NCBI GenBank assembly: GCA_963826115.1
Contig: CAWGVS010000005.1
Span: 1,440,001 to 1,504,000 of the forward strand
Length of the DNA stretch: 64,000 nucleotides
Source of the DNA: an uncultured Candidatus Rokubacteria bacterium
Lineage (GTDB): Bacteria; Methylomirabilota; Methylomirabilia; Rokubacteriales; DASRDR01
Direction: 5' to 3'
A program made the translations under genes and the position numbers. Under the pieces are notes generated by a model. That model had not been told where the DNA came from. It saw only the letters and a list, made by a program, of their open reading frames with translations, and made no database searches. Below are positions 40,979-48,965 of the stretch, one piece after another; position 1 is the first letter of the stretch; each line of letters begins with the position of its first letter.

Positions 40979-41935
40979 GTGGCGCGGCCCCTCGTGCTCC
41001 TGTGGACCGACGCGGCGGACGTGTACGCGAAGGCCGCGGAGCGCGCGGGGCTGTCGGGTCGCGTGGAGCTCGCCGCGGTCCCGACGGGCGCGACGGCGGA
41101 GCCGGCGCTCCTCGACCGCGCGGACGCGGCGCTCGCGTGGCGCATCCCGAAGGGGACCTTCGCCGCCGCGCCGCGGCTCCGGTGGGTCCAGACGCTGACC
41201 GCGGGGGTCGAGGGCTGGCTCGCTCGCGCGGACCTCCCGCCCGCCCTCACGCTCACCTGCGCGCGCGGGACCCATCGCGTCCAGATGCCGGAGAACATCC
41301 TGGGCGCCCTCTTCCACGTCACGAAGCCCTTCGCGGCCGCCGGGCGCGACCAGGACGGGCGGCGGTGGACGCGCCGCGTGTCGGAGCCGCTCGCGGGAAA
41401 GACCCTCGGCATCCTCGGCCTCGGCGCGATCGGCCAGGAGGTGGCGCGGAAGGCGGCGGCCCTCGAGATGACGGTGATCGGCACCCGGCGCGATCCGTCG
41501 CCGGTGCCGCACGTCGCGCGGGTCCTCCCGCCCGAGGGAACGGCCGAGGTGCTCGGCGCGGCGGACTTCGTCCTCCTGCTCCTGCCGGTGACGCCGGCCA
41601 CCCAGGACTTCATGGACGCGCGGCGGCTCGCCCAGATGCGCGGGACGGCGTGGCTCCTCAACTACGGGCGGGGCGAGCTGGTGGTCGACGCGGACCTGGT
41701 CGACGCCGTGACCCGCCACGTCCTCGCGGGGGCGGTCCTCGACGTCTACCGGACGGAGCCCTTGCCCGACGGCCATCCCTTCTGGACGACGCCCGGCATC
41801 ACCGTGCTGCCGCACTTCGGCGGGCTCCACCCGACCCGCGACGAGCAGGTCGCCGCCCTCTTCGTGGAGAACCTCCGGCGCTTCCTCGACGGCGAGCCGC
41901 TCCGCCACGTCGTCGACCGGGCGCGCGGCTACTGA
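40979..41935 (+). CDS. D-2-hydroxyacid dehydrogenase (GhrA-like)
   Basis: GLGAIG, NYGRG, LDVYRTEPLP, VDRARGY; GTG start. Confidence 0.9.
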   Translation: MARPLVLLWTDAADVYAKAAERAGLSGRVELAAVPTGATAEPALLDRADAALAWRIPKGTFAAAPRLRWVQTLTAGVEGWLARADLPPALTLTCARGTHRVQMPENILGALFHVTKPFAAAGRDQDGRRWTRRVSEPLAGKTLGILGLGAIGQEVARKAAALEMTVIGTRRDPSPVPHVARVLPPEGTAEVLGAADFVLLLLPVTPATQDFMDARRLAQMRGTAWLLNYGRGELVVDADLVDAVTRHVLAGAVLDVYRTEPLPDGHPFWTTPGITVLPHFGGLHPTRDEQVAALFVENLRRFLDGEPLRHVVDRARGY

Positions 41936-41963
41936 AGGCGGCGGCGCCGCCCGCCACGCGCGC

Positions 41964-42812
41964 GTGAACGTCCTCTCGATCCAGTCGAGCGTGGTCTACG
42001 GCCGCGTCGGCAACCGCGCCGCGGTGCCCGTGCTGGAGCGCCTCGGCCACGACGTCTGGCCCGTGGACACCGTCGCCTTCTCGAACCACCCGGCGCACGG
42101 CGCGTTCCGCGGGCGGATCGTCCCGGCCGCCGAGGTGGCCGAGCTCGTCGATGGCCTCGCGGCGCGCGGCGTGCTCGGACGCTGCGACGCGGTGCTCTCG
42201 GGCTACCTCGGCGAGGCGGCCACCGCCGCGGTGGTCGCGGACGCGGTCGCGCGCGTGCGGGCGGCGAACCCCGGCGCGCTCTACTGCTGCGACCCCGTGA
42301 TCGGCGAGGTGGGGCGCGGCGTCTACGTGCGCGCCGGCATCCCCGAGGCGTTGCGCGACCGGCTCGTCCCACTGGCGGACGTCCTCACCCCGAACCCGTT
42401 CGAGCTGGAGCTCCTCACGGGCGTGTCGCCGACGACGATCGAGTCCGCGCGGGCCGCCGCGCGCGCCCTCGTCGAGCGAGGGCCCGGCCTCGTCGTCGCC
42501 ACCGGCCTCCGCCTGAGCGGCGCGCCCGGCGAGCTGGCGGTGCTGGCGGCGACGCGCATCGCGGCGTGGGTCGTTCGCCACCCGAAGCGCCAGGTCCGCG
42601 TCTGGGGCACGGGCGACGCCTTCGCCGCCCTGTTCCTCGGCGCCTATCTCGGGCCGCGCGATCCGCGCGCCGCGCTGGAGCACGCGGTCGCGGCGATGGA
42701 CGAGCTCCTCGCCATCGCCGAGGCGCGGGACGCCGACGAGCTCCCCCTGGTCCTCGCCCAGGACGCCCTCGTCCACCCGCGGTCTCGCGTCACCGCGGAA
42801 CCTCTCGACTGA
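41964..42812 (+). CDS. pdxY: Pyridoxal kinase
   Basis: LSIQSSVVYGRVGN, SGYLG, DPVIG, TPNPFE, GTGD. Confidence 0.92.
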   Translation: MNVLSIQSSVVYGRVGNRAAVPVLERLGHDVWPVDTVAFSNHPAHGAFRGRIVPAAEVAELVDGLAARGVLGRCDAVLSGYLGEAATAAVVADAVARVRAANPGALYCCDPVIGEVGRGVYVRAGIPEALRDRLVPLADVLTPNPFELELLTGVSPTTIESARAAARALVERGPGLVVATGLRLSGAPGELAVLAATRIAAWVVRHPKRQVRVWGTGDAFAALFLGAYLGPRDPRAALEHAVAAMDELLAIAEARDADELPLVLAQDALVHPRSRVTAEPLD

Positions 42813-42829
42813 CAAACAGGGAGACTCTG

Positions 42830-43811
42830 ATGAGCCCACAGGCTGAAGGCCGTCCAATCACGACCACAGGCTGAAGGCCGTCCAATCCCACAGGCTGAAG
42901 GCCGTCCAATCAAGGCAGCAATCGGATTCGTCGGGCTCGGCCGGATGGGGTTCCCCATGGCGCGGAACCTCGCCCAGGCCGGCTACGAGGTCCACGTCCA
43001 CGACGTCGCCGCGGAGGCGATGCGGCGGGCCGCCGGCGTGGCTGGCCTCGTCACCCACGCCTCGCCCCGCGAGGCGGCGGCCGCGGCGACCGTCCTCTTC
43101 ACCGCCCTCCCGAACGACGCCATCGTGCGGGAGACGTACCTCGGAGCGGCGGGGATCCTCGCCGGCGGGCGCGCGGGCCTCGTGACGTGCGACTGCTCGA
43201 CGGTGAGCCCGGGCGTCACGCTCGATGTCCACCGGGCGGCGGCGGCGCGCGGCATTCACCACCTCGACACGCCGATGCTCGGCTCGAGCCCCCAGGCCGA
43301 GTCGGGGGAGATCTTCTTCATGGTCGGCGGCGACGCGGCTCACGTGCCGGCGATCCGGCCGCTTCTCGACGTGATGGGCCGGCTCACGATGCACGTGGGA
43401 CCGCCGGGCACCGGGAACCGGATCAAGCTCCTCCACAACGCGCTCGGCGCGGTGAACTCGGTCGCGGTGGCCGAGTCGCTCGCGCTCTGCGACGCCGTCG
43501 GCGTCGACCCCGGAACCTACTACGACGTGGTGAAGAACGGCGGTGGGATGGCGTTCTCGACCTACTTCGACCGCCGCGTCCCGCGCGTCGTCGCCGGGAA
43601 CTACGACCCGACGTTCACGCTCGACCTGATGGCGAAGGACGTCTCGCTCGCCGCCGACATGGCCGGGGAGCTCCTCCAGAAGCTGCCGATCCTCCGGGAG
43701 ACGCTGGCCTCCTACCGGGAGGGCCAGCGCCGCGGCTCGGGCGGCGAGGACTTCTCGGCGGTCACCCACGTCCTCGAGGACCGGCTGGGCCGCCGCCTGT
43801 TCGCGCGGTAG
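42830..43811 (+). CDS. 3-hydroxyisobutyrate dehydrogenase-like NAD(P) oxidoreductase; start codon out of frame because of a repeat
   Basis: IGFVGLGRMG Rossmann motif at ~42921, DCSTVSP, KLLHN, KD; the RBS-linked ATG 42830 is in another frame. Confidence 0.82.
42836..42911 (+). repeat. Three identical 24-bp copies CCACAGGCTGAAGGCCGTCCAATC
   Basis: Copies at 42836, 42864 and 42888, with spacers of 4 bp and 0 bp. Confidence 0.95.
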
Positions 43812-45126
43812 CGGGCGGCTCCGGCCGCGCGCCCATCCGCTCGAGGCGCGCCAGGCGGCGTCGAAGCGTGGGGTGCATGCCCATCAGGAGGCCCTCGCGC
43901 TCGGTGAACGACCCGCGGAGCGCGCGGTCCTCGGTCGGCGCGACGACGAAGAGGTGGGCGACCGACTCGCCGCCCGGGATCACCGTCCCCGCCTCGCCGA
44001 GGCGCCGGAGCCCCCGGTAGAGGGCGGTCGGGTTCCGCGTCAGCTGGACGGCCGTCGCGTCGGCGAGATAGCGGCGGCTCCGCCAGAGGAGGCCGACCGG
44101 GAGGCTCGCGAACAGGAGAAAGAAGCCCGTCGCGGCCGTCGCGAAGGCGAGGAGCGCCATCAGTGGCGGGACGACACGAACCAGGATCGCGCCCACGGGG
44201 CCGAAGTACTCGCGGCCGAGCCCGCCCACCGGGTCGTCCCCGGCGCCTCCGGCGCCGAAGCGCTTCCGGTGCTCCATGAGGAGCGCCATCAAGGCCCGTG
44301 CCCTCTCGGCCCGCGCCTCCGGTGACCCGAGGGCGCCCGTGATCGGGAACAGGAGCCACTGCCGGGCCACGCGGCGCGGGAACCGCGCGAACGGCGCCAG
44401 CACGATGACGATCAGGAGCTCCAGCACGTAGAGGAGCGAGTGGATCTGGGCCGCGCCGCGGAGGTCTCCGTTGCCGATCGAGCCGATCAGGTGGGCGAGA
44501 ATCCCCTCGGTCTCCTCGCGGTCGAACTCGTCGAGGAGCCGACGGCCGACGACGACGTAGCTCTCCCGCGCGTCCAGGCCCACCGCCGCGGCGTTCGCGA
44601 CCCGGGCGTCGATCAGGCGCACGGTGGGCGGCGGAATGCCGGCGGCGATCGCCATCTCCTGGACGACGTTCCCGAGCTGGTGCTCCTCGAGGTCGCCGGG
44701 CTTGGGCGGGCGCGCGCCGATCGCGAGGAGCGTGTGGCCGACCCCGGCTGCGAGCCAGACCGACCGGACCGCCAGCCAGCAGCAGAGCGGCACGAGGAAA
44801 CCGATCGCCCAGACCGCGGAGCCGTCGCCCGGAAGGAGGCTCGGGAGCCGCCCCACGATCCCGAGGGGGACCAGGCCCACGTCCCAGATCCGGCCGGCCA
44901 GACCGGAGGTCGCCGGGCTCAGGAGGCAGAGCGCGCCGACACCGAGGGACAGGACGGCGGGGATGAACACCATCGCGAAGAGGACCAGGAACACGTTGAC
45001 CGCGAAGCCGATCGCCGACACGAAGCCGCAGCCGGCCACGACCAGCGCGTACGCGAGGGTGAGTCGCCACGTCGCTCGGCGGTTCCGCGCCTGGAACTCG
45101 AAGAACGTCGTGCGCGTCGCGGCCAT
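43762..45126 (-). CDS. M48/HtpX-like membrane protein with degenerate zinc motif
   Basis: FFEFQARNRR, NVVQEMAIAAG, ANAAAVG, LADATAVQLTRNP, HPTLRRR; the HEXXH position reads HLIGS. Confidence 0.82.
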   Translation of the reverse strand: MAATRTTFFEFQARNRRATWRLTLAYALVVAGCGFVSAIGFAVNVFLVLFAMVFIPAVLSLGVGALCLLSPATSGLAGRIWDVGLVPLGIVGRLPSLLPGDGSAVWAIGFLVPLCCWLAVRSVWLAAGVGHTLLAIGARPPKPGDLEEHQLGNVVQEMAIAAGIPPPTVRLIDARVANAAAVGLDARESYVVVGRRLLDEFDREETEGILAHLIGSIGNGDLRGAAQIHSLLYVLELLIVIVLAPFARFPRRVARQWLLFPITGALGSPEARAERARALMALLMEHRKRFGAGGAGDDPVGGLGREYFGPVGAILVRVVPPLMALLAFATAATGFFLLFASLPVGLLWRSRRYLADATAVQLTRNPTALYRGLRRLGEAGTVIPGGESVAHLFVVAPTEDRALRGSFTEREGLLMGMHPTLRRRLARLERMGARPEPPATARTGGGPAGPRGRG

Positions 45127-45221
45127 GCCCGGGCGATGATACCCTCGTTCGAACACCGGAGCGGGGGTCAGACCCCGAACTTCGACGATCGCGAGAAAAC
45201 CACAATGCCAGGCCTGACCTC

Positions 45222-46899
45222 ATGACGGTGACCTTGCTGGAGCGGATGCGGGCGGAGTTCCCGGACTCGTCGGGGCGGCGCCTGAAGGCGTGGCTGGTGG
45301 CCGGGCGGGTACGGGTCGGCGGCGAGATCGTGCGCGACCCGCGGACGCCGGTGGCCCCGGACGACAGTGTCACGCTCGGCCCGGCGCCGCCTCCCGCTCT
45401 CGCCGAGGCGCTTCGCCTGGTCCACGAGGACGACGCGCTCCTCGTGATCGAGAAGCCTCCCGGCCTCCTCACGATCGGGACCGAGCACGAGCGCGAGCGC
45501 ACCGCCTACCGCATGGTGTGGGCGTATCTGAAGGGCGCGCGGCCACCTCGCCGGCCGTTCATCGTCCACCGGCTCGACCGCGAGACCTCGGGCCTCCTGG
45601 TCGTCGCGAAGACGCCCGAGGCGCAAGCTCGTCTCCAGGGCCAGTTCGCGGCGGGGAACGCCGACCGCCGCTACGTCGCGATCGTCGAGGGGGTCGTGAA
45701 GACGGACGAGGGCATGCTCCGCGACGTGCTGATCGAGGAGCGCTCCCTTCGCGTCCGCCCCGCCGACCCCACCCGGCCGCCGCCCAAGGGCCGGCGCGCG
45801 CGCATCGCCATCACGTGGTACCGCGTCCTCGAGCGACGCGCCGACGTGACGCGCCTCGCGATCAAGCTCGGCACGGGCCGGCGCCACCAGATCCGCGTCC
45901 AGCTGGCGAAGCTCGGCCACCCGGTCGTCGGCGACGTGCGCCACGGGGCGCGACGGGACCCGATCCGCCGCCTCTGCCTCCACGCGACGCGCCTCGGCTT
46001 CCATCACCCGGAGACGGGGGCGCCGGTCCAGCACGAGAGCCCGCCGCCGCCCGAGTTCGCGAGCATCGGGCGGCCGATGGAGCGCCGGCCGGGACCGCCG
46101 GTCACGCCGCCGGAGCGACGGTCCCCCGAGACGATCCGTGAGGCGACTCGCGAGCCCGGGCGCCAGGGGCGGCCACCGTCGCCGGCCCGCACCTGGGGGG
46201 AGGGGCGATCGCCATCACCTGGCCGGCGGTCGAATCGTCCCTCGGATCGTCCGCCGGACCGACGAACGCCCGAGACGATCCGTGAGGCGACTCGCGAGCC
46301 CGGGCGCCAGGGGCGGCCACCGTCGCCGGCCCGCACCTGGGGGGAGGGGCGATCGCCGTCACCCGGCCGGCGGTCGAGTCCTCCCTCGGATCGTCCGCCG
46401 GACCGACGAACGCCCGAGACGATCCGTGAGGCGAGTCGCGAGCCCGGGCGCCAGGGGCGGCCACCGTCGCCGGCCCGCACCTGGGGGGAGGGGCGATCGC
46501 CATCACCCGGCCGGCGGTCGAATCGTCCCTCGGATCGTCCGCCGGACCGACGAACCCCCGAGACGATTCGTGAGGCGAGTCGCGAGCCCGGGCGCCAGGG
46601 GCGGCCACCGTCGCCGGCCCGCACCTGGGGGGAGGGGCGATCGCCATCACCCGGCCGGCGGTCGAATCGTCCCTCGGATCGTCCGCCGGACCGACGAACC
46701 CCCGAGACGATTCGTGAGGCGACTCGCGAGCCCGGCCGCCCAGGGCAGCCGCCGTCGCGCGGCCCGCACCTGGAGGGAGGGGCGATCGCCATCGTCGGGC
46801 TGGCCCTCGAATCGTCCTTCGGACTCTCCCCCGGATCGTCCGCCGGGCCGACGCCCGCCCCGGCCATCCGGCCGCCCGCCGCGCCGCCCCCCGCGTTGA
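45222..46899 (+). CDS. RluA-family pseudouridine synthase with S4-like N-terminus and repeat tail (probable +1 frameshift at ~46759)
   Basis: EKPPGL, HRLDRETSG, TGRRHQIR, LHA; as written the ORF runs to 47216 into the next gene, while the corrected frame stops at 46899. Confidence 0.85.
46125..46850 (+). repeat. 144-bp tandem repeat, four near-identical units plus one degenerate unit
   Basis: Unit starts at 46125, 46269, 46413, 46557 and 46701; encodes the 48-aa unit PETIREATREPG...PDRRT. Confidence 0.95.
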
Positions 46900-46987
46900 C
46901 CGGCCGGCCTCGCTCCGATACCCTCGCTGAGCGAGGCGGCGCGCGGTGCGTCGCCATGACTCCACGGCTCCGCAGGAGGACCCGGCA

Positions 46988-47917
46988 ATGGCCCACGCAG
47001 GCGGCGAGCGAGTCGCGTACTTCAACGGCAAGATCGTCTCGGAGGGCGACGTCCGTGTCCCGTTCCGGGACCGCGGATTCAAGTACGGCGACGCCGTGTT
47101 CGACACCACGCGGACCTTCGGCCACCGCATCTTCCGCCTGCAGGAGCACCTCGAGCGTTTGTACCGCTCGATGCGCTACCTCCGGATCGACCCGGGCCTC
47201 GGGCTCCCGGAGATGAAGCGCATCACCGAGGAGGTTCTCCACCGGAACCTCCCGCTCCTCGAGCCGGACGACGACTACTGGGTGACCCAGCGCGTGAGCC
47301 GCGGCCTCGACCCAGGGGACCGCGCCACCTTCGGGCAGTCCGGGCCGACCGTGATCGTCGAGTGCCTCCCGCTCCCGCTCCGCGAGCGCGCCACGCTCTA
47401 TCGCGACGGAATCCGGGTCGTCGTGCCCTCCGTCCGGCGCGCCGCGCCCGACACGCTCAGCGCCCGCACCAAGACGAACAACTACCTGAACGTCATCCTG
47501 GGCGACCTCGAGGCCAAGGCGCACGACCCCGGGGCGTGGGCGATCCTCCTCGACGTGAACGGGAACCTCGCCGAGGGCATCGGGAGCAACGTCTTCCTGG
47601 TCCGTGACGGCCAGATCTACACCCCGCGCGAGCAGTTCGTCCTCCCGGGGATCAGCCGCGAGACGGCAATCGCCCTGGCGCGGGAGCTCGGCTACACCGT
47701 CCACGAGCGGGACATCGACCTCTTCGACGCCTACAACGCCGACGAGGCGTTCCTCACGTCGACCAGTCTCTGCGTCTGCGGCGTCCAGAGCTTCAACGGC
47801 GTGAAGGTCGGGAACGGGCAGGTCCCGGGTCCGGTCACCCGGCGTGTCATCGAGGCGTACTGCCGGATGGTCGACTACGACTTCGTCGCGCAGTACCTGA
47901 AGCGGCTGGAGCGCTGA
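46988..47917 (+). CDS. Class IV aminotransferase (branched-chain/D-amino-acid-like)
   Basis: AGGAGG RBS; DRGFKYGD, KTNNYL, EGIGSNVF, LPGISR. Confidence 0.92.
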   Translation: MAHAGGERVAYFNGKIVSEGDVRVPFRDRGFKYGDAVFDTTRTFGHRIFRLQEHLERLYRSMRYLRIDPGLGLPEMKRITEEVLHRNLPLLEPDDDYWVTQRVSRGLDPGDRATFGQSGPTVIVECLPLPLRERATLYRDGIRVVVPSVRRAAPDTLSARTKTNNYLNVILGDLEAKAHDPGAWAILLDVNGNLAEGIGSNVFLVRDGQIYTPREQFVLPGISRETAIALARELGYTVHERDIDLFDAYNADEAFLTSTSLCVCGVQSFNGVKVGNGQVPGPVTRRVIEAYCRMVDYDFVAQYLKRLER

Positions 47918-47926
47918 GCCCGGGCG

Positions 47927-48877
47927 ATGCGCGAGCTCTACCCGGAGATCGAGCCCTACCAGCAGGGCTACCTCAAGGTCTCGCCGCTCCACGAGATCTA
48001 CTACGAGCAGAGCGGTAACCCCGACGGCCAGCCCGTCGTGTTCGTGCACGGCGGACCGGGGGGCGGGACCGAGCCGTTCCAGCGTCGGTTCTTCGACCCG
48101 GCGGCGTACCGGATCGTGCTCTTCGACCAGCGCGGGTCCGGGAAGAGCCGGCCCCGCGCGTCCCTCGAGGACAACACGACCTGGCACCTGGTCGAGGACA
48201 TGGAGCGCCTCCGCGGCGAGCTCGGCATCGACCGCTGGACCGTCTTCGGCGGTTCGTGGGGAAGCACGCTCGGGCTCGCGTACACGGAGACCCACCCGGA
48301 GCGCGTCCGTGGCCTGATCGTCCGCGGGATCTTCCTCGTCCGGCCCAAGGAGATCGCGTGGTTCTACCAGGAGGGCGCGAGCTTCATCTTCCCCGACGCC
48401 TGGGAAGCGTACCTCGAGCCCATCCCGCCAGCGGAGCGCGGCGACATGGTCCAGGCGTACTACCGCCGGCTGACGAGCGCCGACCCGGCGGTGCGCATCC
48501 GGGCGGCGCGGGCCTGGAGCGTGTGGGAGGGGTCCACCAGCAAGCTCCGCCCGGACCCGAAGCTCGTCGCCCGCTTCGAGAACGACGAGTTCGCCGAGGC
48601 CTTCGCGCGGATCGAGTGTCACTACTTCGCGCACGGCTCCTTCCTGCGCCACCCCGACCAGCTGCTGGACGACGTCGCGCGCATCCGGCACATCCCGGGC
48701 GCGATCGTCCAGGGCCGCTATGACGTCGTCTGCCCCGCCATCTCGGCGTGGGACCTCCACCGCCGCTGGCCGGAGGCTGAGTTCCACTTCGTCCCCGACG
48801 CCGGCCACTCGGCCATGGAGCCGGGGATCGTCGACCGCCTGGTGGAGGCCACCGACCGCTTCCGCGACCTCAGCTGA
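47927..48877 (+). CDS. pip: Proline iminopeptidase
   Basis: HGGPGGG, FDQRG, GGSWGS, GRYD, AGHS. Confidence 0.95.
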   Translation: MRELYPEIEPYQQGYLKVSPLHEIYYEQSGNPDGQPVVFVHGGPGGGTEPFQRRFFDPAAYRIVLFDQRGSGKSRPRASLEDNTTWHLVEDMERLRGELGIDRWTVFGGSWGSTLGLAYTETHPERVRGLIVRGIFLVRPKEIAWFYQEGASFIFPDAWEAYLEPIPPAERGDMVQAYYRRLTSADPAVRIRAARAWSVWEGSTSKLRPDPKLVARFENDEFAEAFARIECHYFAHGSFLRHPDQLLDDVARIRHIPGAIVQGRYDVVCPAISAWDLHRRWPEAEFHFVPDAGHSAMEPGIVDRLVEATDRFRDLS

Positions 48878-48965
48878 CCCGGCCGGCGCGAGCGCGCCGC
48901 ACGGGCCCTCAGGGGGGGCGAGCACGAGCAAGTCGCGGCGCCGCGGCACCTGGGTTAGGCGTGCG

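Noticed and set aside
42836-42911. 24-bp repeats as a mini CRISPR array
   Set aside because: Spacers are 4 and 0 bp and there are no cas genes
45164-45176. GGGGTCAGACCCC REP-like palindrome
   Set aside because: Single short copy in the window with no associated transposase
46125-46850. 144-bp repeats as CRISPR or a mobile element
   Set aside because: Head-to-tail coding repeats with no unique spacers, terminal inverted repeats or transposase
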